From assembly GCA_036630325.1 (NCBI GenBank), contig CP142728.1:1240001-1304000 (forward strand): DNA of 64,000 nt, given 5' to 3'. The translations under genes and the position numbers were made by a program. Source of the stretch: Vairimorpha necatrix (lineage: Eukaryota). Positions 47,296 to 57,586 of the stretch are shown one piece after another. Each line of letters begins with the position of its first letter. Position 1 is the stretch's first letter. The notes beneath the pieces were generated by a model. It had not been told where the DNA came from and did not search any database. It worked only from the letters and a program-made list of their open reading frames with translations.

Positions 47296-47571
47296 TTTTA
47301 AGGGGTAGACAAATTTAAAATTTTAAATGTTTGGCGACCAATCAGCCAAGACAAAAAAGTGAAACACAAACAACTAAAATGTATTCTAAAGTAAATGTAA
47401 TCTATAATGAAATGGTAATTTATGTATTCTATAGTAAATGTATTCTATAATGTGATAGTTTGATGCCTTCATCAGAAATCTGAAACATCTTGTCTCATGA
47501 CTTTATATGATTAATCTCAGTATATTATAATTATATTTATCTAATTTATTTTATATCTAAATTATATTTAT

Positions 47572-48378
47572 CTAATTTATTTTGATTTTATATATGACTT
47601 TATTGTAAAATGAAGAATATATTATATATTCCTCATTCACATCTATTCCATACACTAATTCCCCTTTACTATAATTCTTCTCTCCTAATATCTTTATTCC
47701 TTCATACATACAAGACATATAAAATTTTTCATTTTTTTTTATTATTCTCCATATTCCCCCGCCAATCTTCTTTTTCTCAATAATTCTGTCTATAAAAATT
47801 TTATAAACATGTTCATCATAACTTCCTACCATCACTATGTCTCTTTCTACTAGTAATGAACATATTCCTTGTTCAAATTTCATTTTTTTTATAACTTCTT
47901 TATCTTTTATAAAAAATAGTGTAGAACATTCACCACCACATAATAGTAGTGAATTGTATAGTGTACATGTCCATAAGATGTCATTGGATACTTGTAGAGA
48001 ATATAAAAAGACTAAGTCTGGGGAGTAGACAGTAATAGACCCATTACTAGTACAAATGTATAAACGAGAAGAACTAATATTAATATAGATAAAAGTGTTC
48101 ATGTGTGGAGTGGAGACTTCTTTAAGAAGATCAAGTGACAGATTGAATTTTAAAAGAGAATTAGAAGTGGCAGCGTATAAAAAAGAAGAATGGATTTTGA
48201 GATCTAAAATGCCAGAAGTCTCTTGTGTACGAATAAGAGACATGTCTGAGGAATATAACTGAATATTACCAAATCTAGAAGAAGATGAATAATCGTAACT
48301 ACCAGTAAAAATTTTATCCTGGTGGATAAGAATGACGCCCACGCAAGATGAAGTAGGAAAAGATTTAACGAGCACCAT
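47572..48378 (-). CDS. DPH7: WD40 diphthine methylesterase Dph7/Rrt2-like
   Basis: GILDLK, GSYDEHV, GGGIWRI, CMYEG, LVYGID, SSFYNK. Start set to CCC-ATG at 48378. Confidence 0.8.
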   Translation of the reverse strand: MVLVKSFPTSSCVGVILIHQDKIFTGSYDYSSSSRFGNIQLYSSDMSLIRTQETSGILDLKIHSSFLYAATSNSLLKFNLSLDLLKEVSTPHMNTFIYINISSSRLYICTSNGSITVYSPDLVFLYSLQVSNDILWTCTLYNSLLLCGGECSTLFFIKDKEVIKKMKFEQGICSLLVERDIVMVGSYDEHVYKIFIDRIIEKKKIGGGIWRIIKKNEKFYMSCMYEGIKILGEKNYSKGELVYGIDVNEEYIIYSSFYNKVIYKIKIN

Positions 48379-48382
48379 GGGC

Positions 48383-48470
48383 CAAAAAAAACAATGTTCT
48401 AAAAAAAAGCTCATATGTAAAAAAAGGCTCATATGTAAAAAAACAATATTCTAAAAAAAGCTCATGTAAA
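48383..48470. repeat. Short tandem duplications in the divergent DPH7/NAR1 spacer
   Basis: GCTCAT(AT)GTAAA occurs three times and AAAAAAACAAT.TTCTAAAAAAA twice. Confidence 0.75.
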
Positions 48471-48529
48471 TGTGCACAATTTAATTTTTATATAATACAT
48501 CACAAGTTAGATTTTTTTTAGTCCCTAAA

Positions 48530-49780
48530 ATGAAATCTGAGAATAAGCCTTGTGTTTCTCCATTCACTTTCAAATTAGAAGACTGTCTCGCTTGCTCTTC
48601 TTGTATTTCTGACTTTACAGTCAAAAAGCCGCCAACTTACAATGAATTAAAAAATGACCCATTGACATTTTTAATATCTCCACATTCTAAAATGAGTATA
48701 TATGAACATTATATAACTAATTTAGATAATACATTTGTAGAAACAGTGTCTACATGTTCTAATAATATCAATAACAGATATATAGTATTTAATGACTTTG
48801 AATACCTTTTAGTATCATTTCTTAAATTGAAGTTTAATATAGTATCAATATATGACTCGTCATATATCAAGTCTCTTCTCTACGAGAGTGTCTACGAGGA
48901 ATCTCTTACTAATAATCTCATTATAAGTGACTGCCCTGGTACAGTCACTTATATAGAAAAACAGGCGCACCATCTACTGCCTTATTTATCAAAGACTAAG
49001 ACTCAGCAACAAGTCCTCTTGGATTTTATTAAAGGGAAGTGTATCAGTGTAGTCCAATGTTATGATAAGATGTTAGAAAAAGATCTTAATACATCAGACA
49101 CTAATAATCTTGATGTAGACACTAATAATCTTGATGTATCTTTTATGACTACATATGATTTCTATAAGATGATAGTAGAACAAGGATTCTTTGAGTATAA
49201 AGATAAGATAGGAATAGTAAACGAATGGGAGAAATGTAATATAAAATATCATTATGGATATTTAGACTACATATTACACAAGAAATATTATTTAAATAAA
49301 AACGAAGAACTTATATTAGACAAAAATCAATCTTGTAAGAATAAACAAATAAAGAACAAATTTAATGAGATAAAGATAAATGGTAAGAGAAAATTAAATA
49401 TAAACTCGGAAGTATTAAATAATATAAATATTCCAGGCTTAGAATACACTGCCAAAAATGGGGTCTTTTTGTATACCTGGAAATCAGGGAATATTACTAA
49501 GAAATATATAAGGATTTTAGGCTTAGAACCATTCTTGAATTTTATAAAAGAGACGAAAATCAAGGGGATGAATTATGAGATCTGTGAAATTTATATTTGT
49601 AATCAAGGATGTATAAATGGACCAGGGCAAATATATACAGAAAATAATATAAACAGAGATGTATACAAAAATAATAGTAATAATAGTTCATTATTAAATT
49701 CATTATTGGTTGGAAATCTTAAAACAAGAACTTTTAAAAAAATCAAAAGTAAAACTGTCAAGTTTCAAGTTGATTGGTAA
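48530..49780 (+). CDS. NAR1: Cytosolic Fe-S assembly factor Nar1 (hydrogenase-like)
   Basis: DCLACSSC, SDCPG, QCYDKMLE, ICNQGCINGPGQ and a terminal Trp. Confidence 0.92.
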   Translation: MKSENKPCVSPFTFKLEDCLACSSCISDFTVKKPPTYNELKNDPLTFLISPHSKMSIYEHYITNLDNTFVETVSTCSNNINNRYIVFNDFEYLLVSFLKLKFNIVSIYDSSYIKSLLYESVYEESLTNNLIISDCPGTVTYIEKQAHHLLPYLSKTKTQQQVLLDFIKGKCISVVQCYDKMLEKDLNTSDTNNLDVDTNNLDVSFMTTYDFYKMIVEQGFFEYKDKIGIVNEWEKCNIKYHYGYLDYILHKKYYLNKNEELILDKNQSCKNKQIKNKFNEIKINGKRKLNINSEVLNNINIPGLEYTAKNGVFLYTWKSGNITKKYIRILGLEPFLNFIKETKIKGMNYEICEIYICNQGCINGPGQIYTENNINRDVYKNNSNNSSLLNSLLVGNLKTRTFKKIKSKTVKFQVDW

Positions 49781-49993
49781 AAATAAACGAAATGTCATTA
49801 AAATCGAGAATTAAAAATTTTAAAAACTTTGCTTGATTTTGTAAATGTCCTTTTCTAGGTATAAATGTTATTTATAGTGTTACAATGTCATAGAAATTGA
49901 CATGTCATTTTAAATGTAAATTTCATTTTACATTGTAAATTTCAATTTACAATGTTACATGTCAAATAAAACTCTGCTTTATTTGACATATGT

Positions 49994-50050
49994 CATAAAT
50001 TAATGCTCATAAATTAATGTTCATAAATTAATGTTTATAAATTATTGTTT
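49994..50050. repeat. 14-bp tandem repeat (CATAAATTAATGTT-like, ~4 copies)
   Basis: Seen directly in the sequence. Confidence 0.8.
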
Positions 50051-50187
50051 ATATTTTTTGACATTTTTTTAAGTCCTGTTTGGTGATTTCTAACCAATCA
50101 TGTCTAATTTCTCTCTTGTTTTTTTCGCTTCTCCTTATTTATGCATATTTTTTTTCTATTTATATCTTTATTTAAATTTTAAATCCC

Positions 50188-50769
50188 ATGCATAATGAAA
50201 CTCCAGAAGACATAAACAACTTCTTGACTATTTATTTAGTACACGACACTGACCAAGAAGAACCAAATATCTCTCCAAACACTCCTACTACTGACGCATC
50301 TCTAGACTCATTCATTACTAATCTGGCCTCAAGATTCAATTCTGAATCCAATGTTGACGTCAGAGTGCAGCGTGTCAACAGACCACTACGGATTATTGAC
50401 TCACAAAACGGAGTAAGGAGTTCCTCGTCATATTTCGTGATATTTGATTTTATACTAAATGGTATTAATCATCAGATGAATGTAGAGAGACCACATGCCA
50501 GTTTGAGCGAGACTATCTTGATTTTTGAGAGTATCTTGGCTATGAGGAAAAATAGTGCGAAAATGAAGAAAGAGCATTTGAAGAAGTTTAAAAGGTTTAG
50601 AGTTACAGAGAAAATGATGAAAGAGAGTTGTAGTATTTGTATGACTAGGTATAAGAAAAGAGAAATGGCTAGAACTTTGAGCTGTGATCATACATTTCAT
50701 GTTAAATGTGTAGACAAGTGGCTACTTCAACATAATTGCACGTGTCCTGTGTGTAGGAAGAAACTCTAG
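50188..50769 (+). CDS. RING-H2 E3 ubiquitin ligase
   Basis: CSIC...CDHTFHVKC..W....CPVCR; CCC-ATG start. Confidence 0.92.
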   Translation: MHNETPEDINNFLTIYLVHDTDQEEPNISPNTPTTDASLDSFITNLASRFNSESNVDVRVQRVNRPLRIIDSQNGVRSSSSYFVIFDFILNGINHQMNVERPHASLSETILIFESILAMRKNSAKMKKEHLKKFKRFRVTEKMMKESCSICMTRYKKREMARTLSCDHTFHVKCVDKWLLQHNCTCPVCRKKL

Positions 50770-51555
50770 TAGATCAACAAAATTAAAAGAAAAAGAAAAG
50801 ACAGACCAAAGAAATGAATTATAACAAAAATAAATAAACATTTATAATATAAAATTAAAATATATTATATTATAAAAGATATTTATATTATAATATAAAA
50901 TTAAAATCATATATATAAAAGAATTTTATTTAATTTTTTACCCCTCTTTTTTGTGATTTTGTAAAATCTAAACTTCATATTTTAAACTTATTATGTTAAT
51001 ATAATATCGGTTTTCGATTTAGTTTTTCAATTTGATAATTGTAAGTGTGTATATTATGTGTTAATGCATTTTTATTCTAATTATTATTTTTGTTAAACTC
51101 AGTTCCAAAATATCGTCAGAATCGTTTTTTAGAATTTATTTGACCCTTCCATGAAAAATTGTAAAAACATTCATGTGAAAACAATTTCTAATAAGTGTCA
51201 AAAATTGAGCTTAAAAGTTCCCAAAATTATTTCAATATGACTCATAAGTGTTTTAAACTCAACTTTACTCCTTATATGTCACTAAAAAGTATTTTTGAAA
51301 ACGATGTCTTCATCCTATCAAATTCAATCATCCCAAAATGGAAACTTACTAAAATTTACCGAGGCGGGACATATTAAAACCCTAAACATTTAGATCCCGT
51401 TTCAAAACGGGAAAGCATACGCTAGTATATTTATATTATAAAATATCTATTATAATACTAATATTCATTATGAATACTATCTACCTTCATAAATAAGAAG
51501 ATTCAGAGAGGATTTAAAGATTATGAGGGTTTATTTCTTGCCCCTATTTAATTTT

Positions 51556-53922
51556 ATGAAAAGCCTAAGGGAAGCCACACTCAAACTCAATAAACTAATG
51601 CAAAACATAACCCAAGAAACAGTAAAAGAAGCACACAACATCATAAACAAGACTTATTCCCTTGCTTCTTCAAACTTGCCAATCTACACTTATGAAAAAT
51701 GTATGCTAAAACTTCTTAGTAAGGAATGGAACACAGACTTATTTTTATTACTGAAAAAACATGTAGAAAATATAAAAGAAATAAATGAAGAATCTGCTAA
51801 TATTTATATACCGTATTGTATACTGAAATATAAACAGTATAGGGAAAAAGACGAGAGATATGAAGAATTTATCGAAAAATGTGATGCGAAATATAAAGAG
51901 AAAATTATAGTTTGTTATAAAAAACAAACAAAGTGTTTATGCAAAAAAAATAAAAGTATAAATAGAGAAGAAAACAGCATGAAATATGGAAAACTCAATG
52001 ACCAGTTTATAACTGGGACAGAGGAGAATAGTGATTTGAAAACCAACAACATGGAATCATCAAGTATAAATCAATCTGATGCATCGTCTACTATTCAAAC
52101 CAATGCATCTTCAACTACAAATTCATTTAATACATCTGTACCTATAACATCGTCAACTATAAATCAATCGGATGCATCGTCTACTATTCAAACCAATGCA
52201 TCTTCAACTGCAAATCAATTTAATACATCTGTACCTATAATATCGTCAACTATAAATCAAACTAATACATTGTCTACTATTCAAACCAATACATCTGTAC
52301 CTATAACATCATCATTTTTGAATTCTGAAAAATTCAAAAATGATCTATTTTGTAATACAAAAGAAATTTGCAATTTCAAGAAATCTCATCTATTTGTACC
52401 AGAGTCAAAATTCTACTCTTACTACAACAAAGGCATAATTTGTAATTATAAAAAAGACTTATTTAGTAAAATGATCCATAAATTTCTAGACCGGAAATAT
52501 TCAGAATGTAAAGATCTGATCAGAATATTAGTAAAAAAAGAGTATGACAAATTACACCTGTATAATATCCTGATATTCTGTTATATACAAATGGGTATGT
52601 TTCAAGAAGGGATTTATTATCTTGATAAGTGTATAGAAATGAGTAAAGAGAAAGTTAAATGGTATTTTATAAATTACAAATTGGCATTTGAAAGAATGGG
52701 AAATTTACAGGGGCCCAATTCTTATTTAAAAGAAATAGAAATATATGATTGTATAAGTCAGATTGATGGAAATATAAAACAGGTTGAAGGAGATATAAAA
52801 CAGATTAAGGGAGATATAAAACAGATTAAAGATTTAATGTCTAGACTTGATATAACGAATACTAAATTAGAGCACAATATTAAATTTGAGAATTCATTGG
52901 AATTTTACAGGGAGATAAGAAATATAGAAAATAATATCAACAATAAGCAAGCCAATACACACGAGCAAAAAAATTTGATAGAAAAACAGGGAGAAAGTAA
53001 TGCGCATGAGCAAAGCGATGTAAAAAATATACACGAGCAAATTAATTTAAAGGACACACATGAAGTCTATAGCCTTTATATTTCAAATGATATTCTGTAC
53101 ATTTCTAAAATTAAAAGTGGATCCTATGAAGTTTACAATACAAATATAAATTTCACTGAAATATCTAGAGAATACAACTGGATTTTACTGAAGAACAAGG
53201 ACATCTTGAAAAATGAGACAAATAAAGAAATATGGTGGAAAGAAAGAATTCTCCTAGACAAGAAAATGAAGATTCTTTTGAATAAAATCAAGGCCCCAGA
53301 TCTAGAGATAAAAGGACAAATCTTCCTTATACTTGACGAGAAATTAGAAGAGTTTCCCATAGAGCACACATTATTATTTGAGAAGGCGAGTTGTTACAGA
53401 TTATTAAGCATAGAATATTTACAAGATCTTACTAGTATCTCACAAATTGACTTGTCTAGTTCGATCTTCCTTTTAGATCCCAAGCTAAGTAACACATTTG
53501 ATAGAATTACAGAACATTTTAAAGATATCAAAAAAGAGATAATAGAAGATGACAATAAAATGAAGGGGGATTTTATATGCTACTTCGGCCATGGAAATGG
53601 GCTCAAATACATAGATGAGAATATTAAGTCATCCGTCTTGTTCCTCTTTGGATGTTCTAGCGTGAGATTTCTTTGTATAAATAATTTCAAGAAGAATGGG
53701 ACCATTAAGAAATATATAAAGAATAATAGAAATGTACTAGGATGTCTCTATGAAGTGACTGATAAAGATTTGGATATGTTCAGTATTAATTTATTAAGTA
53801 AGAATGGGGATGTATCGGAATTAATTAAGGAATGTAAAGATAAGATGAGATTGAAGTATCTCAATGGGTGTAGTCTAATTGTCTATGGGAAGCCCCTGCA
53901 TCTTCAAGCAAAAAGAGCCTAG
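51556..53922 (+). CDS. ESP1: Separase (peptidase C50)
   Basis: WWKERILLD, YFGHGNG (catalytic His), LFGCSS (catalytic Cys), GCLYEVTDKDLD, YLNG...VYG.P. Start probably the second Met, downstream of CCCC. Confidence 0.93.
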   Translation: MKSLREATLKLNKLMQNITQETVKEAHNIINKTYSLASSNLPIYTYEKCMLKLLSKEWNTDLFLLLKKHVENIKEINEESANIYIPYCILKYKQYREKDERYEEFIEKCDAKYKEKIIVCYKKQTKCLCKKNKSINREENSMKYGKLNDQFITGTEENSDLKTNNMESSSINQSDASSTIQTNASSTTNSFNTSVPITSSTINQSDASSTIQTNASSTANQFNTSVPIISSTINQTNTLSTIQTNTSVPITSSFLNSEKFKNDLFCNTKEICNFKKSHLFVPESKFYSYYNKGIICNYKKDLFSKMIHKFLDRKYSECKDLIRILVKKEYDKLHLYNILIFCYIQMGMFQEGIYYLDKCIEMSKEKVKWYFINYKLAFERMGNLQGPNSYLKEIEIYDCISQIDGNIKQVEGDIKQIKGDIKQIKDLMSRLDITNTKLEHNIKFENSLEFYREIRNIENNINNKQANTHEQKNLIEKQGESNAHEQSDVKNIHEQINLKDTHEVYSLYISNDILYISKIKSGSYEVYNTNINFTEISREYNWILLKNKDILKNETNKEIWWKERILLDKKMKILLNKIKAPDLEIKGQIFLILDEKLEEFPIEHTLLFEKASCYRLLSIEYLQDLTSISQIDLSSSIFLLDPKLSNTFDRITEHFKDIKKEIIEDDNKMKGDFICYFGHGNGLKYIDENIKSSVLFLFGCSSVRFLCINNFKKNGTIKKYIKNNRNVLGCLYEVTDKDLDMFSINLLSKNGDVSELIKECKDKMRLKYLNGCSLIVYGKPLHLQAKRA
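52066..52314 (+). repeat. 93-bp (31-aa) Ser/Thr-rich tandem repeat inside separase
   Basis: Units start at 52066, 52159 and 52252 (INQSDASSTIQTNASST.N.FNTSVPI.SST); the third is internally shortened. Confidence 0.9.
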
Positions 53923-54130
53923 AAAAATAGAAGGAAAGGGGTCTTAATACTAGATGATTAAATAAGCATATTTAATATCACACTAAAAAGGCCTTAATAA
54001 AACAAATACCCCTCGATAAAATAGATGCGCATTGAAAGAGCCAGGTTATCTCAAAGTTACCCTACATGTAACAAAAGATTGTCGCTTATATAAAACGATA
54101 CTAGACAAAAAGACACCTCCCAGTGAACAC

Positions 54131-54634
54131 TTACTGTTTGATTTTCTTGATAAGTTCCTGTATTATATGATCCTCTTTATATCTTTCAAGTATAGAAGGC
54201 ACTTTCTTCTCATAGAAATCTACTATTTCATACCTCCCAAGATACAGAATGCACAAGATTATGACGTCATATCTAAAAATGATCTCTTTACTGTGTAAAT
54301 ATTCTATGATTTGTGTATGGACTGTTTTATATAATTTATAGTCTCGTATTTTGTAGTTATAATACAACAAATTACTTTTTACACTGATCAAGTCTCTCGA
54401 CTTCATGTCTTCTAGCACTGCCTGTCTCAGTCCCGAGTCCTTAGTGTAGTAAGAAGGGCAGTATGATATTAGAGATGTATTTAGCATGTCTGTGTGGATA
54501 CAGACTCTTATACAGTAAGACATCTTAGAGTTTAAGAATCTTAACTCTTTAGTGTTTCCTACCAGGAGGAAAAGTAATGTAGTCAAGGGCAGATCAGACT
54601 GAACGATGTGTCTCTTCTTTAGAACTGATGTCAT
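54131..54634 (-). CDS. Hypothetical protein, possibly a reduced Vps74/GOLPH3 (GPP34) homologue
   Basis: 167-aa ORF with CCCC upstream. LLFLL...FLNSKMSYCIRVCI resembles the GPP34 segment FWNDxISxxLRGC. Weak, by eye only. Confidence 0.45.
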   Translation of the reverse strand: MTSVLKKRHIVQSDLPLTTLLFLLVGNTKELRFLNSKMSYCIRVCIHTDMLNTSLISYCPSYYTKDSGLRQAVLEDMKSRDLISVKSNLLYYNYKIRDYKLYKTVHTQIIEYLHSKEIIFRYDVIILCILYLGRYEIVDFYEKKVPSILERYKEDHIIQELIKKIKQ

Positions 54635-54781
54635 CCACTTAAAGGGGTATATAAAAATGAGAAGATAATATTAATACTTAATATAGTGATTGATTGAAAA
54701 TTTGTTCTATTTGAATCAAACTTGGTTTACAAATAGAATAATATTCAATTTATTACTTAAGTGTACTAATGAATATTTATT

Positions 54782-55636
54782 CTATGTTTTGCTCAGATAT
54801 AATTCCTCTATTAAGTTTCCTATGTCTTCGAATATTGGGTCTCCAATTATCTCCCCTTGATCGCCCTTCTTCCCATATTCTTTCTTTAAGGGTATACTTC
54901 CTAAATATCTTATTCCTTTCTCTTTACATTGTTCTTCTATCCCCGAATCATAAAAGACATCTTCTCTACATTCACATTTCTCACATTGAAACCCCTTCAT
55001 ATTTTCTATTACTCCCAGTATCTTGATATTATTCTTCCTACAAAATGAGAACTGTCTCTTCACATCCTGAAATGATAACATTTGTGGTGTAGTGACAATA
55101 ATACAGAAATCTACTTTCAAATAATTGACAATAGCAAGATGCTCATCTGTGATATTCGGAGGAGTATCAATTATCACCACGTCATAGTCTTTTATATGAC
55201 TAGTACTGAATATATTCCTGATTATATTTGTCTTCAAAGATGAAGTATAAACTTCTACATTATCAAAATATCCCATTGAGATACACCCTAAATTATCAGA
55301 GATCTTTATAGGATAAATTGTCTGATTGGTTTCTAAGATGACTTCTCCTTCTGTAGAAGTCATCTTAGGAATAGAGGGACCAGATAAATCTAAGTCTATG
55401 AGAAGAGGAGACATCTTCTTTTTTGATAATATCTCTGTTATATTTCTGGTTATAGTACTTTTCCCTACCCCACCTTTACCACTCATGATGGCGAGGACTA
55501 GTTTCAGATGAGACATGTTTTCAGAAATTGAATGAATGAAGTCGTCTGGTTTTATTGAGCCACAGAGGGACTGGTTTGGACATCCTCGGCATTGTTCACT
55601 TTTTCCTAAATTTGTAGATGGACAAGAATTATTCAT
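54782..55636 (-). CDS. NBP35: Cytosolic Fe-S scaffold ATPase Nbp35
   Basis: N-terminal four-Cys motif (CP...CRGCPNQSLC), SGKGGVGKST, DTPP, ENM and CEKC. Confidence 0.93.
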   Translation of the reverse strand: MNNSCPSTNLGKSEQCRGCPNQSLCGSIKPDDFIHSISENMSHLKLVLAIMSGKGGVGKSTITRNITEILSKKKMSPLLIDLDLSGPSIPKMTSTEGEVILETNQTIYPIKISDNLGCISMGYFDNVEVYTSSLKTNIIRNIFSTSHIKDYDVVIIDTPPNITDEHLAIVNYLKVDFCIIVTTPQMLSFQDVKRQFSFCRKNNIKILGVIENMKGFQCEKCECREDVFYDSGIEEQCKEKGIRYLGSIPLKKEYGKKGDQGEIIGDPIFEDIGNLIEELYLSKT

Positions 55637-55825
55637 TAAAGAAAGAGAGGGGTATTTATAAAATGAAACTTACACTCATATGTCTGGAAATATATTGTCC
55701 ATTAGAAAAAATATTATATTTTTAGTAGTGGTACTACTTTATAATTTCCTTACAGAAGTATTTTAATTGATGCTAGTACTTTATTATGTAGTATCAGTGA
55801 ATATTTTTCTTACACCCTTGTTTTT

Positions 55826-56092
55826 ATGGTGAAGTTATCTATCACAGTAGTCCCAAATTCGCAGACTACACAAATCAAATCCATAGAAGAAAAAGAAATC
55901 AGAATTCTCATAAATCAACCCCCAGAAAAAGATAAGGCCAACATCGAATTGTGTAAATATTTATCTAGAGTACTAAAAATCCCGAGATCTGAGATCTCAA
56001 TAATTAGTGGACACACCAGTAGACACAAAGTAGTGTCAGTACAAATAGAAGAAGACTGCATCGATTTATTAAAAAAAGAGATAGAAAACTAA
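55826..56092 (+). CDS. UPF0235/DUF167 (YggU-like) protein
   Basis: V.PNS...PPEKDKAN.EL..YLS..L......I.IISGHTSRHKVV. Confidence 0.88.
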   Translation: MVKLSITVVPNSQTTQIKSIEEKEIRILINQPPEKDKANIELCKYLSRVLKIPRSEISIISGHTSRHKVVSVQIEEDCIDLLKKEIEN

Positions 56093-56182
56093 TAATAAAA
56101 AATAGATTCCCCTATATGATATTTGCATTAAAGTATTGTTCAATACAATCTTATAGAAATTTCGAGAATTCTCTACGTGGGA

Positions 56183-57586
56183 TTATATTCTCGACTTAAG
56201 CTTCTTATATTTCTTGCAGAATTTTACTATCTTCTCCCAATTTCTTATTATATCTCTACTTGTACTTAATCTTTCTTTCTTTTTCATATTGTCATAATAT
56301 TCAAATATGAAATTTGATACTACGAATAAGTCTCTTTTGTAGATAAATATCCCTCTATACACGGGATTCTGTCTATTAAACCCTACGAAGCATCTTCTGT
56401 ATTCTACGCCGAGTCTCTGACAGACTAATTCACTGTACTCGTTTCTTAAATAGAGGCAGTTTACAGGTATGTGGTTTTCATGGAAAAAATCTTGTACATT
56501 TGACTGGGGGTTGAGATCCTTGACTACCATCTTCTCGACTTGATCTTCGGAATATAAACAGACTTGGTTAATGAGACCTTCATTTAATATTTTCAGTGGT
56601 TTTACTCTTTCTTCAATATTGTGTTCAGCAGTAGTGACGCCATTATTGTGCGTGTTTGGCCCTCTATTATGTTCAATTGTGTCTAAATTCTGTTTTGGTT
56701 CTATGGATTTGGGAATGAGTCCTTGTCTATAGAAATATTTATCTGATTTCAAATTGATAATCTCGTCCCTTAAAAACACCCCTTCACCTTTATAGAATCC
56801 TTGGATATTCTCTTTGGATCTTAATATCTGATTGATTTTTAGTACACTTTCGAGGCAGTAAAGTGGGTGCTTCTTAAATTTGATGAGCGATGTGGGGATT
56901 TGTTTTAATCTTTCAGTGTCTAGTTTTCTAAATGCTTCAATGTGATCAAAAGATGATATTTCTTTATTAATTTCGTCTTTATTGATTTTAAATGTGTTGT
57001 TTTCTTCTTTATTATCTTTTGAATTAAAAGATTCATCTTTGTGTCTTACATGATTAAGATTGTTTTTATGCCTGTTCTTATTAATAAATATTTCCAATAC
57101 TTCCAAATATATCCCATGATTCTTCATATCTCTACTAAAATACAGACTACTATCTTCTATTTTACCATCACTATCAATATAAAACACATTCGCTTTATAC
57201 TTATCTTTATTCTTCAGTACTATATTATTAACATAAATCTCCAAAAAAGACTCAATTTTACTTTCATCAATTACAAAATATATTCTCAAAAACATGTACT
57301 TTTTCAGATATTTAAAAAATAATATGTTTTTTACAAAATCTGTAAAATTGAACTGGGAAGTCTGTAAATTATTTTGAGTCATTATTAGTTGCCGCATTTT
57401 GTTTATAATATTAAAGTCTATGTATTCGTTTATTTTAGGGATATTGACTGGTTTATTAAATTCTTTGAAAATAAAAATTAAGCTTAGAAGGATTGAGTAT
57501 TTGGAGTTTGTTTTTGTAGGCTTTTGAGGGATTGAAATGGTGAGATCATCTTTGTAAACTTCTTCCCATCCATCGTCTGAAGTCAT
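56183..57586 (-). CDS. RAD4: Rad4/XPC nucleotide-excision-repair damage sensor
   Basis: Beta-hairpin domain motifs FKKHPLYCLES.L, GEGVF.R, LYSEDQ, IPVNCLYL, VGF and PVYRGIFI. Start set to CCCC-ATG at 57586. Confidence 0.88.
   Translation of the reverse strand: MTSDDGWEEVYKDDLTISIPQKPTKTNSKYSILLSLIFIFKEFNKPVNIPKINEYIDFNIINKMRQLIMTQNNLQTSQFNFTDFVKNILFFKYLKKYMFLRIYFVIDESKIESFLEIYVNNIVLKNKDKYKANVFYIDSDGKIEDSSLYFSRDMKNHGIYLEVLEIFINKNRHKNNLNHVRHKDESFNSKDNKEENNTFKINKDEINKEISSFDHIEAFRKLDTERLKQIPTSLIKFKKHPLYCLESVLKINQILRSKENIQGFYKGEGVFLRDEIINLKSDKYFYRQGLIPKSIEPKQNLDTIEHNRGPNTHNNGVTTAEHNIEERVKPLKILNEGLINQVCLYSEDQVEKMVVKDLNPQSNVQDFFHENHIPVNCLYLRNEYSELVCQRLGVEYRRCFVGFNRQNPVYRGIFIYKRDLFVVSNFIFEYYDNMKKKERLSTSRDIIRNWEKIVKFCKKYKKLKSRI

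Noticed and set aside
48383..50050. CRISPR-like or iteron-like arrays
   Set aside because: Short tandem repeats without unique spacers, in a eukaryotic context with no cas genes.
51360..51415. GGCGGGA and hairpin CCCGTTT-CA-AAACGGG upstream of separase as an E2F/CHR-type cell-cycle element
   Set aside because: Single short occurrence that cannot be distinguished from chance.
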